A stretch of 30,196 bases of DNA from assembly GCA_043810245.1 (NCBI GenBank), contig JBDROI010000122.1, forward strand, positions 1-30,196. Direction: 5' to 3'. The position numbers and the translations under genes are program-made. The notes under the pieces are model-generated. The model saw nothing but the letters and a program-made list of their open reading frames with translations, was not told where the DNA came from and ran no database searches. How positions within the stretch are numbered: position 1 is the stretch's first letter; the number at the start of each line of letters is the position of its first letter. The stretch comes from Candidatus Micrarchaeota archaeon (GTDB taxonomy: Archaea > Micrarchaeota > Micrarchaeia > Burarchaeales > JBDROI01). Shown one piece after another: positions 19,081 through 27,311 of this stretch.

Positions 19081-20040
19081 ATGGACATGCAATTACCTTG
19101 GACTGAGAAATACCGCCCGAGAACGCTTGGCGAAGTTGTTGGACAGAAAGAGGTAGTTGAACGGCTGAAAGCGTATGTGAAAGCCCGCAATATGCCAAAT
19201 CTCATGTTTGCAGGAAGCGCGGGAATTGGCAAAACCACGAGCACGCTTGCCCTTGCGCACGACTTGTTCGGAGAAGACTTCAAGCAGAGCATTCTTGAGC
19301 TGAACGCGAGCGACGAGCGCGGGATAGACGTAGTGAGAGGGAAGATAAAGGATTTCGCGCGAACGATGGCGCTTGCAGAAGTTCCTTTCAAAATTATATT
19401 TCTAGACGAAGCTGACGCACTCACGAACGACGCCCAGCAGGCGCTTAGGCGAACCATGGAGATGTACGCGGGCGCTACGCGCTTCATTCTGAGCTGCAAC
19501 TACAGCAGTAAAATCATTGAGCCCATCCAGAGCAGATGCGTTGTTTTCCGCTTCCGCCCTTTGAGCGATGCAGAAGTTGAAGAAACGCTGAAGCAGATTG
19601 CCAAGAAAGAAAATGTTGAGCTGAGCGATGATGCAGTGAAGGCAATTATTTACATTTCAGAAGGAGACATGCGCAATGCGCTGAACGCGCTTCAGGGAGC
19701 CGCTGTTTTCAACAAGAAGATTACAGGAGAAGACATCTACAAGGTTGCTTCGCGCGCTCAGCCCGAAGAGATTTCAAAGATGATAAAGTCTGCTCTTAAT
19801 GGAAGCTTTGTGGAAGCGAGAAAGAAGCTCGATGAAGTGATGCTCAAGTATGGAATGAGCGGGGAAGATGTTCTTCTCCAAGTTTATAAAGAAATAACGA
19901 GCTTGGACATATCGGACGAAATTAAGGTGCAGATGGTTGACCGCGTTGGCGAGTATAATTTTAGATTAGTTGAGGGCGCGAACGAGAGAATTCAGCTCGA
20001 AGCGCTTCTAGCGCAGATTATGCTTTTTGGAAAGAAATGA
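19081..20040 (+). CDS. rfcS: Replication factor C small subunit (no intein)
   Basis: PWTEKYRP, Walker A GSAGIGKT, ELNASDERG, DEADALT, QSRC (SRC motif) and GDMRNALN. Confidence 0.97.
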   Translation: MDMQLPWTEKYRPRTLGEVVGQKEVVERLKAYVKARNMPNLMFAGSAGIGKTTSTLALAHDLFGEDFKQSILELNASDERGIDVVRGKIKDFARTMALAEVPFKIIFLDEADALTNDAQQALRRTMEMYAGATRFILSCNYSSKIIEPIQSRCVVFRFRPLSDAEVEETLKQIAKKENVELSDDAVKAIIYISEGDMRNALNALQGAAVFNKKITGEDIYKVASRAQPEEISKMIKSALNGSFVEARKKLDEVMLKYGMSGEDVLLQVYKEITSLDISDEIKVQMVDRVGEYNFRLVEGANERIQLEALLAQIMLFGKK

Positions 20041-20055
20041 TTTGCAACGAGGGCA

Positions 20056-20192
20056 CCTTCCCGCACTAAAGTGCGGTGTTTCGTCGCCAGCCCAATTCGA
20101 ACCGGCGAACCGTTTCGGATGGGCATTCGAACGAAGCGTCGTTCGAATTGCCCGTTGCAAAACTTTGTGAAAGCACTCGTCCGCGGGCTGAA
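20056..20192 (+). other. Structured non-coding element, copy B
   Basis: Same four ordered blocks as the reverse complement of 14751-14900; multiple hairpins. Confidence 0.6.
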
Positions 20193-20242
20193 GCCCGCGG
20201 TATCCGCGGCGCTTTCACAATGAGAAAGTTGAAAACTTTCTC
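20165..20242. repeat. Nested perfect inverted repeats
   Basis: TTGTGAAAGC (20165-74) / GCTTTCACAA (20211-20) enclose CCGCGGGC-TGAA-GCCCGCGG (20181-20200). They are followed by GAGAAAGTT-GAA-AACTTTCTC (20222-20242). Confidence 0.85.
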
Positions 20243-20280
20243 GGCTTTGGAATTTGATGCAAATTGCAATCCAAAAATAA

Positions 20281-20532
20281 TTATTTTTTGAGTATTGTTT
20301 CTGATTTTGGAAGAGCGAAAAGAAACTTGCTTCCGTGGCTTTCGGTTTCGAATACGTTGATCTTTCCGCTTGTTTCATCTTTGCTTAAAGTGATGGCAAG
20401 CTTTTTGTCGATTCTGAAGAATGCTCGGTCGTAGCGGTCCAAAAGCCCAAATACTTTCTCAGATGGAAGACCCCTAAGATGTGTTATGAGTCCGTCTTTA
20501 GTTTTCGGAATTGCTTGTTTGTTTGTAGCCAT
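20281..20532 (-). CDS. Hypothetical 83-aa protein
   Basis: AAGGTGA SD before the ATG and an upstream TTTTATA TATA-like box. No family recognised. Confidence 0.65.
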   Translation of the reverse strand: MATNKQAIPKTKDGLITHLRGLPSEKVFGLLDRYDRAFFRIDKKLAITLSKDETSGKINVFETESHGSKFLFALPKSETILKK

Positions 20533-20628
20533 AATATCACCTTGGGATTTTTTATTTGAAAAATAAACTATAAAAAGGAGTATGGTGCGAAAATCGTCGG
20601 AGAAAAAGAAAAAAGAAATGAGGAGAAA

Positions 20629-22254
20629 CTACTGATAGCTCGCACTAAACACTGCAGTTATGCTCCTAGTAATGTCTAGCTCGCTGGTAACTGCGTATTT
20701 GAGCATTATTTCGCCCGTGAACTTTTCTCCAGAAGCTCCGGCGGGACATATGTTTTTGACAATTGTTACGGGCAAAGAGTCTCCTGGCGCGAGCTTTGCC
20801 TCGTGCGTATCGTCAAGCTCCGAGTCGATTGGAAATTGAGTGCCTGGGATTGTGCAGCTTACCCCAATTAATTTGACTTCTTCGTCTTCTAGGTTGGCAA
20901 TCTCAATCGTCATCTCTCCGCTGCTCTTCAGCTCTGCAATTTTGCACCCGAAAGTTTTTGGGAACGCGCAGCTAGAAACTGCTGAGGCATATGAAACGTT
21001 CTGGTCCGCTGGGGGCATTTCGCTTGGCGGTCTTTGGGACTCATCTAATGGCCTAATGGGAACGTCTGAAGGAGGCGGGCGAGGAGTCTGGTACTGTGTT
21101 GCTTTGTTTAATTCTGCATATAATAAGTTCAGCTCCTCGCTTGATGCGCTGACGGAGGAAAGTACGAAGATGTCTTCCTGCGAAAACACAATTCGGTTTA
21201 GAAGTGTTTTGCTCATCGAATTGCTTTCAACAGAGTTTAGCCCCGTTTCCACGAGCCCGTTGAGCAGTATGCTTATTTCTCCTGCGCTGTTTGCGCTCTC
21301 GCAGTAGAGCGCGAGCTTTAGCTCGTGAGTAGACTCGCTCTTTGAATAGGAAAAGGCAAGCTCGTTTATTGATGCGAGCGCTCTTGCATCAAAAGAGCTT
21401 GATTCGCTGGCTGAGAGCGCTTCTTTCATTTCGTCTGGCATTGAGAAAATTGCAAGAACCCATGCGTCGGTGTTGATTTTTTCAGAGTACTTGCCGATGA
21501 CGTTCGCATCAAGCGCTTTTCCATTTCCGTTGCTTATGTCAATAACATCTTGGACTGCTTCTAAAGTTCCCGAAACAACGAATGAGTCGCCTAGGAAAAC
21601 TACGCAGTTGTCTTGAGCTGCGTTGCTGTAGATTGTGTAGCCCCCGTAAGTTGTTTCTTTTTGAAGAGAATTGGAGTTTTTTAATATGCTTACTATTTCC
21701 TCTTTGTCAAAACTGCCTTTCAATATTACTCCAAGATAGGGCTGCTCGGTACTTCCAAGTGCACCCACGGCAGGAGTAAGCTGTCTAGGAGTTTCCACGG
21801 GCACTACTTCTTTCGGCTCTTCCGAAGAAACTGCTTCAGTCGTTGCAATTAACGCGTTGAGAGTTCTTATTTCTGGCGTAACTTCATGCGGAGCTGATGA
21901 AGATGTAGTTGAAGGAACTGCAGTTACTTTGCCCGCAAAAAATGTTAAAAGAAGGTTCGCGTCTGAAAAAACCACGAGTGTTTCGACTTTTTCTGCGTCT
22001 ATGCCAGTGTTCTGCTTGATGCTTGCAAACGCTTGCTCGGAATTCCCAGAAGACAACGTTGAAAGAACTTCTTTGTCATTGAGAATTTCGTTCACGTTTA
22101 TTACTATGACGTCGGTTGCTTTGTCCGGAATAAGCTGAGCAGCTTCGCTGACTGATGGAGATGAATTTATGCAGCCCGCGAGCAAAATGCTTGCTAAGAA
22201 AAGTGCAAAAATTCCTAAGAATGCCTTGTTTATTCCGTGCGCCATGAGCATCAC
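20629..22254 (-). CDS. Putative lipoprotein, paralog of 22355..23413, with low-complexity insertions and an extra Cys-containing C-terminal domain
   Basis: Signal peptide ending in LLAGC. LIPDKATDVIVIN aligns with LIPAKADSVAVID of the neighbour. The start may be 22254, 22251 or 22245. Confidence 0.8.
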   Translation of the reverse strand: MMLMAHGINKAFLGIFALFLASILLAGCINSSPSVSEAAQLIPDKATDVIVINVNEILNDKEVLSTLSSGNSEQAFASIKQNTGIDAEKVETLVVFSDANLLLTFFAGKVTAVPSTTSSSAPHEVTPEIRTLNALIATTEAVSSEEPKEVVPVETPRQLTPAVGALGSTEQPYLGVILKGSFDKEEIVSILKNSNSLQKETTYGGYTIYSNAAQDNCVVFLGDSFVVSGTLEAVQDVIDISNGNGKALDANVIGKYSEKINTDAWVLAIFSMPDEMKEALSASESSSFDARALASINELAFSYSKSESTHELKLALYCESANSAGEISILLNGLVETGLNSVESNSMSKTLLNRIVFSQEDIFVLSSVSASSEELNLLYAELNKATQYQTPRPPPSDVPIRPLDESQRPPSEMPPADQNVSYASAVSSCAFPKTFGCKIAELKSSGEMTIEIANLEDEEVKLIGVSCTIPGTQFPIDSELDDTHEAKLAPGDSLPVTIVKNICPAGASGEKFTGEIMLKYAVTSELDITRSITAVFSASYQ

Positions 22255-22278
22255 CGAGCTAGCTTTGAGTTAAGGGGG

Positions 22279-22285
22279 ATATAAA
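22279..22285 (-). promoter_or_regulatory. Putative TATA box (TTTATAT) for the 22254 lipoprotein gene
   Basis: The minus strand reads GCAAGC-TTTATAT about 25-30 nt upstream of the start codon. Confidence 0.5.
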
Positions 22286-22301
22286 GCTTGCGCTCAAGTT
22301 C

Positions 22302-22340
22302 TGAAAAGAAAAAGAAATAGAAAGGGGGAGAAAACTCCCC
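22302..22340 (-). terminator. Hairpin plus U-tract terminator between the two lipoprotein genes
   Basis: The minus strand reads GGGGAG-TTTT-CTCCCC followed by CTTTCTATTTCTTTTTCTTTTC. Confidence 0.65.
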
Positions 22341-22354
22341 GTTGCACTTGCTCT

Positions 22355-23413
22355 TCAGCCGTAGTAGCTGTCGTCGCTGTAGGAAGGCTGAGAGTTGTAT
22401 CCGCTGCTCTGCGCCGCGTTCATCTCCGCCTGCACTTCCTCAAGCTCTTTCTGCGTCGTGGTTAATGAAGCAGACACAAACCTGCCGTCGGTCTTAAGCG
22501 CGAGCTTTGAGACCAATGCTTCAGTTGCAGTGCCTTCTTCAAGCGTGCCTTTTGCCAGCTTTAATATGCCGTCAAGCGCATCGCCAATCTTGGTTGCAGA
22601 GTTCTCGTTGCTGCAGTAGAGAGATATTTTTACGTCCATGTTCGAGCCGCTCTTTGAGTATGAAAGAGCTACTTCGTCAACGTTTGCAAACAGTTTGCTG
22701 TCGATTGGAGAACCTGCTGAGCTTGGAGAGCTCTTCAAAGAAGCTTTTGCATCCGCTGGAACGGTTATTACTGCAACGATCCAGCCGCTCGTGTCGACTT
22801 TTCCAGAGTATTTGCCGATGAAGTCTGCGTCAATTGCTTTTGCTTTTCCGCTCTCGACGTCAATTACTTCTTCAACAGTTTCCATGGTCCCTATTATGAT
22901 GTAGGAGTCGCCGATAATTCCGACTGCACTGTCAGTGCCTCCGCTTTCTGAGTAGTAGATCGTTTGTCCATTGTAAGTTTTTGACTCGGTGTTGTCCTGC
23001 TCTGTGATTGCTTCCTTAATTTTTGCACTGTCGAATGTTCCTTGGAGGATTACTCCAGCCATTGGAGTGTTTGCAGAGTTTGCAGAGCCATAGGCGCTCG
23101 CAGAGTATAGACTCATGTACGCAGACATATCCCCAAAGACTGCTATTTTCTCAATCTTTGTCATATCTATTCCTGTTTCTTTCTCCATTTCTTGCAGACT
23201 TGTTTCAAAGTCGTCTACACTGCTCTGCGGCATTGACTCCCAGATGTCTTTGTCATCCATTATCTGCTTCCAGTCAATGACAGCAACGCTGTCTGCTTTT
23301 GCCGGTATTAAAGCAGTTATATCCTTCTCGCCTCCGATTGGAGGAATTACGCATCCCGCTAGGAGAAGCGCCACAATAAAGAGCGCAAATACTCCCAAAA
23401 GTTCTTTCTTCAT
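22355..23413 (-). CDS. Putative lipoprotein (DUF3352-like alpha/beta domain, by resemblance only)
   Basis: MKKELLGVFALFIVALLLAGC signal/lipobox and GGGTGA SD. Start set at 23413 (23419 is an alternative). Confidence 0.8.
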   Translation of the reverse strand: MKKELLGVFALFIVALLLAGCVIPPIGGEKDITALIPAKADSVAVIDWKQIMDDKDIWESMPQSSVDDFETSLQEMEKETGIDMTKIEKIAVFGDMSAYMSLYSASAYGSANSANTPMAGVILQGTFDSAKIKEAITEQDNTESKTYNGQTIYYSESGGTDSAVGIIGDSYIIIGTMETVEEVIDVESGKAKAIDADFIGKYSGKVDTSGWIVAVITVPADAKASLKSSPSSAGSPIDSKLFANVDEVALSYSKSGSNMDVKISLYCSNENSATKIGDALDGILKLAKGTLEEGTATEALVSKLALKTDGRFVSASLTTTQKELEEVQAEMNAAQSSGYNSQPSYSDDSYYG

Positions 23414-23475
23414 GAACATCACCCGTGCGTATTTCGGCTCATAAGTATTTAAAAGTATTGCCCGAGGAAGTTTGT

Positions 23476-24015
23476 ATGATTTCCATGAAAAAAGACGCAG
23501 TCGGCTTGTTCGTCGGGCGATTTCAACCGCTTCATAATGGGCACCTCGAGGCAATGAAATGGGCGCTCGGGAAATGCTCGCGCCTAATTATACTAGTAGG
23601 AAGCTCGCAGAAATGCTATGAGCCCGAGAACCCGTTCACAGTAGGAGAAAGAATTGAGATGGTTCACCGCGCGCTGAGCGCCGAGAAGCTCGCAGAACGC
23701 TGCCTTATTCTTTCTATTCCCGACATAGGGAACAACGCTTTGTGGGTTGCGCATGTTGACTCGCTTGTTCCGCGCTATGATATAGTTTTCTCGAACAACG
23801 CGCTCACTGTGAAGCTGTTCCGCGAGAAAGGAAAAGAAGTCATGGGAATTCCATTTTTCAAGCGCGAGTCGCACGATGGAACAAAAGTAAGAAAGGCGAT
23901 GCTTGTTGGAAAAAAGGAATGGGAGAAATTGGTGCCAAAAGAAGTTGCTGATTTTGCAAGGGAAATCAACGCGCTTGGAAGAATTAAGGAAGTTGCGAAT
24001 GGAGATAAAGTTTAG
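23476..24015 (+). CDS. nadM: Nicotinamide-nucleotide adenylyltransferase
   Basis: GRFQPLHNGH, GSSQ...ENPFTVGERIEM, W..HV, FSNN and GT.VR. Start is 23476 or 23485. Confidence 0.93.
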   Translation: MISMKKDAVGLFVGRFQPLHNGHLEAMKWALGKCSRLIILVGSSQKCYEPENPFTVGERIEMVHRALSAEKLAERCLILSIPDIGNNALWVAHVDSLVPRYDIVFSNNALTVKLFREKGKEVMGIPFFKRESHDGTKVRKAMLVGKKEWEKLVPKEVADFAREINALGRIKEVANGDKV

Positions 24016-24037
24016 AGAACTCATCTGTTTGGAACGC

Positions 24038-24400
24038 TTAGGAGTATGTAATGCAAGTGTATGGAGGGCCTATTTTGACAACTATGTCATAGAGCCTAAT
24101 CCACTTAGCGTTCTCTTTAAGCGGAAGAGAGTGCAGCTGCTCTTCAAGGTAAGGAAGCGCTTCGCGGCCTATTTTTACGAGCTTTTTTTCCGCGCGCGCG
24201 GATTCTTTTATGTTCTTGCTTGTCAGTGCATTTACCAGCCAGCTTAGACGCCTTCTTTTGAGTGCAGAGCGAGCGAGCTTTGGCGAATCCAGAAGCGCGC
24301 GTATGAATGGATGCGCCTCTCTTGAGGGAATTGCAGAAGGTCTGCTGGGAAAACGCCTGTTGAAACCAGGTTTTTGGAGAAGTTGGGAGTTGGTTGTCAT
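24038..24400 (-). CDS. Array member 1: conserved leader plus HEAT-like soluble module
   Basis: Starts MTTNSQLLQKPGFNRRFPSRPSAIPSREAHPF; ATGA overlap with the upstream ORF. Confidence 0.85.
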   Translation of the reverse strand: MTTNSQLLQKPGFNRRFPSRPSAIPSREAHPFIRALLDSPKLARSALKRRRLSWLVNALTSKNIKESARAEKKLVKIGREALPYLEEQLHSLPLKENAKWIRLYDIVVKIGPPYTCITYS

Positions 24401-24825
24401 TCTTCAACGCCTTGTTGTGTTTCTTCGGAATGGTTTATTTCAGTTATTATTATGTAGAGCTGCTGGTTTCGCAGGGATTGCGAGGTGGAGAACGCAGGCC
24501 AGCTTTTTTCGTATGCTTTTTGCAGAAGAGGAAGAATTTTTGCAGATTTGAATAGAGAGCAGTCATCATAGTAGCATCCTAGAATTTTTTGTTTTGCTTT
24601 ATAGCTTTTTTCTAAATTTTTGCTTCCGAGTTTGCGGATCTGCGAGTTTACGCGACTTCTCGCGCGCATGTTTATTATTGCGCTTTCAATTCGCTTGGGA
24701 ATTCTGGTTATTTCAAAAAACACATCTAGGAGCGGATGCCGTTCTTTGAACGAAAGCCTAGAAGGTTTGCTGGATAGATGAAGCCGAACATCTGATTTTT
24801 TGGGGAGTTGCGAGTTAGATGTCAT
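24397..24825 (-). CDS. Array member 2: diverged leader plus HEAT-like soluble module
   Basis: Starts MTSNSQLPKKSDVRLHLSSKPSRLSFKERHPL; TAATG overlap and GGTGA SD. Confidence 0.85.
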   Translation of the reverse strand: MTSNSQLPKKSDVRLHLSSKPSRLSFKERHPLLDVFFEITRIPKRIESAIINMRARSRVNSQIRKLGSKNLEKSYKAKQKILGCYYDDCSLFKSAKILPLLQKAYEKSWPAFSTSQSLRNQQLYIIITEINHSEETQQGVEE

Positions 24826-25562
24826 TATTTCACCTTTCGCGGAGAAGAATGTGGAGCGTCTGCCCGAATTGACATTGTTCTTCCTATTACATATGCACAG
24901 CCCATAATTAGCCCTGCAAGAGCGCCAATTGTGGAGAAAGCAAAAACTGGGAGTAAGCCGAATACTATAGAAAGCTGGGAGATGACGAAAAGTTTGCTTG
25001 GGAAGCCGAATACTTCGCGGTCTGAAGGCATTTGGGGAGCTGTCTGTTTTAGGGAGTAAAGAGTTCCCTTGGAGGAGTTGAACTGCTCCAGTTTTATAAC
25101 GTGCATCTCCCGTATCATGGGGCAGTTTTCCAATCTGCCTGCTAGATCGTATACTAGTTGCTTTTTCATATTGTTTGTTAGTAGAACGTTGAATGATTGG
25201 GAAGCGGGCTTCTTTCCAATGAGAAAAAGAGGAGGAGGCTGAAGCTTTATTGAATAGACTGCTGTTCTTGGATCAAATTTTGCTTTTGCTTCTTCAGAAG
25301 TAACTACAACTGAATTTTTGCTGAAGTAGTTCTTGAAGTTCAGTGAAACTTTGGAGGTTAGCGGAGTTGCTTGCCCGATAAGAAAGACTATAAGGGAGCC
25401 GAGCAACGCTCCTTTAAGCACGCGTTTTGATGCAAGCTTAACTTCTGGCTTTTTTAGTTTGAAGAGAAAGGGGTGCGCCTCTCTGTAGGAGATTCTAGAA
25501 GGTCGTTTAGGGAAGAGCATCCTAGCACCGGGCCTTTGCAGGAGTTGTGAGTTAACTGCCAT
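24825..25562 (-). CDS. Array member 3: leader plus TM-loop domain-TM module
   Basis: Starts MAVNSQLLQRPGARMLFPKRPSRISYREAHPF; two hydrophobic regions flank a ~130-aa domain. Confidence 0.85.
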   Translation of the reverse strand: MAVNSQLLQRPGARMLFPKRPSRISYREAHPFLFKLKKPEVKLASKRVLKGALLGSLIVFLIGQATPLTSKVSLNFKNYFSKNSVVVTSEEAKAKFDPRTAVYSIKLQPPPLFLIGKKPASQSFNVLLTNNMKKQLVYDLAGRLENCPMIREMHVIKLEQFNSSKGTLYSLKQTAPQMPSDREVFGFPSKLFVISQLSIVFGLLPVFAFSTIGALAGLIMGCAYVIGRTMSIRADAPHSSPRKVK

Positions 25563-25566
25563 TATT

Positions 25567-26637
25567 TCACCGCGCTTTTCTATAGGCTATATTGAAAAAC
25601 ACTTCTTCTATTCCCCAGCCCATTGCTCTTTCAGGAGAGCTCGTTATGCTGATTTTCCAGCCGAGTTTCTTGTGCTTTGCTTTTAGGAATGGAATTACAG
25701 TTTCTGGGTGTGCTAAACCTAGGTCGGTTAGTGCTTCTTTACTATTTTTGCATTCTGTTTTGTCTATGCTTGCAAGCATTTTAACCAGCTTGCTTAAGTG
25801 GCGCTTTCTTTTTCTTTCGCTGGCTTTGTCCCAATCTAAGTTGGTTGAAACTCCAAAGAGCGCGCGTCCTGCCAACTTTATTCCTTTCCATGCAAGACCA
25901 GGTGCATTTTGTATTCCTATAAATGCTAGAATAATAGCTCCAAAAGCCATAATGAGTCCAAGAATGAGTATGCCGGCTGTAAGAATAAAAACAGGTATTG
26001 CAGTAGCGATGCTAGAAAGTGAAAGCACGCCGCTGGAGAAGCCAGTAAGTGTACGAGTAGTCGGCGTAGTGGAAAGGCCTTCCTTTTTTAATATGCAAAT
26101 CGTTTCCTGCTTCTTGAGTTCGGATTCTGCTTCTTTGAGTTTCATAAAATTAGAGGTTAAAGCCAGGTTGCTTTGGTGTAGTACTTCACGCATTTCATAA
26201 ACTGCATTATGCTCCTCTGCGTCTAGAATAATAATGTTGACAGTCTGCTTCGGAAGCTCTTTGAAAAGAAGAAGTGGAGTCGGCTCTACGTCCATCCTGA
26301 ATATGCTTGCATCCGGACCAAATTTTGCTTTTGCTTGGCTCTGAGTTATTTGAAGTGTACGTTTGTTTAGGTATACCTTGAAGTTTTGAGAAGCAAGGTA
26401 GCTGAACAGCGAACTCTGACTTATGAGAGCCAAAACGATTGCAGAGATGAGAGTTATGCGAAGCGGTATATTAGAGTCTCTTTCGCGCAGTTTTTCAAGC
26501 GTTTGCTTGGGGTTGCGCACGGCTGTTATGATGGAGTTTGTAAGAGGATATTTCTCGCGCATGGGAATTCTGGAAGGAGTTTTAGGGAACTGCAGCTGAA
26601 AAGCTGGTTTTTGGAGAATTTGTGAAGTTATTGACAT
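25567..26637 (-). CDS. Array member 4: leader plus TM-loop domain-TM module plus HEAT-like module
   Basis: Starts MSITSQILQKPAFQLQFPKTPSRIPMREKYPL. The middle aligns with member 3 and the C-terminus with member 1. Confidence 0.85.
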   Translation of the reverse strand: MSITSQILQKPAFQLQFPKTPSRIPMREKYPLTNSIITAVRNPKQTLEKLRERDSNIPLRITLISAIVLALISQSSLFSYLASQNFKVYLNKRTLQITQSQAKAKFGPDASIFRMDVEPTPLLLFKELPKQTVNIIILDAEEHNAVYEMREVLHQSNLALTSNFMKLKEAESELKKQETICILKKEGLSTTPTTRTLTGFSSGVLSLSSIATAIPVFILTAGILILGLIMAFGAIILAFIGIQNAPGLAWKGIKLAGRALFGVSTNLDWDKASERKRKRHLSKLVKMLASIDKTECKNSKEALTDLGLAHPETVIPFLKAKHKKLGWKISITSSPERAMGWGIEEVFFNIAYRKAR

Positions 26638-27158
26638 TTGTTTGCCCCCAAGATGCTTTGCTCATTTCTTTTTATTCGGTGCTTCACTGCTGTGAGAAGG
26701 TGATAAAGACCGTTTAAGCCCCAGGATAAAATTGTAAGTGCTCCGGATGGAGAGAAAAACGTGCATGTTAGCACGACTGCATAGGCGCCTGCAGAAGACA
26801 CCCAGTGCAGAGAAGATAGAGAATCAAGCAGGTTATAAACATCAGGTATGAGCGAAACTGATGAACGGAGAGTAAAGGAAAGAACTGGAAGAGTTGCTGC
26901 AATATAGAACGCATTTGTATAATTTTGGAATTTTCTCTGCTCTTTTTCATCCATGCTCGCTTCTGCAATCACTCGAGTTCTAAGCTTCTTCTTATGTTTG
27001 GGTTTGCCTGACTCTGAAGTAAACGCGCAGAAGATGCGGGTATTTTCCATAAGAGCATAAGCAAATGGATGCATCTCTCTGAAAGGAAGGGCGGAGGGAC
27101 GCTTAGGGAAATGCTGGCGGAAGCCGGGTTTTTGCAAAAGTTGTGAGTTAACTGCCAT
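26628..27158 (-). CDS. Array member 5: leader plus C-terminal TM segments
   Basis: Starts MAVNSQLLQKPGFRQHFPKRPSALPFREMHPF. Confidence 0.85.
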   Translation of the reverse strand: MAVNSQLLQKPGFRQHFPKRPSALPFREMHPFAYALMENTRIFCAFTSESGKPKHKKKLRTRVIAEASMDEKEQRKFQNYTNAFYIAATLPVLSFTLRSSVSLIPDVYNLLDSLSSLHWVSSAGAYAVVLTCTFFSPSGALTILSWGLNGLYHLLTAVKHRIKRNEQSILGANKCQ

Positions 27159-27161
27159 CTT

Positions 27162-27311
27162 TTACCGCCCGTCTGGAAATTGCTTCCAATGCGCTGTTGG
27201 TTGAGTAAACAATTCGCTTTCATTTTTTCCATCGTGAGATTTTCCTTTCATTGCTTGCTCTAGGAAAATCCTTGAAGAGAAGGTTCTTTGAGGCGCTAGG
27301 ATTGGGCTCAT
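27162..27311 (-). CDS. 49-aa ORF filling the only apparent gap in the array, missing from the ORF track
   Basis: Hand translation: MSPILAPQRTFSSRIFLEQAMKGKSHDGKNESELFTQPTAHWKQFPDGR*. ATGA overlap with the 27308 stop, GGTGA SD, and ends 3 nt before the next ATG. Confidence 0.55.
   Translation of the reverse strand: MSPILAPQRTFSSRIFLEQAMKGKSHDGKNESELFTQPTAHWKQFPDGR

Noticed and set aside
20086-20153. GTTCGAAT words resembling a tRNA T-loop
   Set aside because: Flanking bases do not form a T-stem, and no acceptor, D or anticodon arms can be built on either strand.
20051-20192. Fluoride riboswitch, HDV-like ribozyme, cobalamin riboswitch, box C/D RNA, RNase P or SRP RNA as the identity of the structured element
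   Set aside because: Only partial word matches (GAUGGGCAUUC, CCUUCCCGC, GGGAAGG, CUGA). The required pairings or conserved boxes are absent in one or both copies, and neighbouring genes do not fit. An Rfam search is still needed.
20038-20223. TGA readthrough (selenocysteine) of rfcS directed by the downstream hairpins
   Set aside because: RfcS is complete at the TGA, the extension has no recognisable motif, and copy A follows a TAA-terminated gene.
26969-27232. 87-aa minus-strand ORF overlapping array member 5
   Set aside because: It overlaps the leader-bearing ORF out of frame. The gap is better explained by the coupled 49-aa ORF at 27162-27311.
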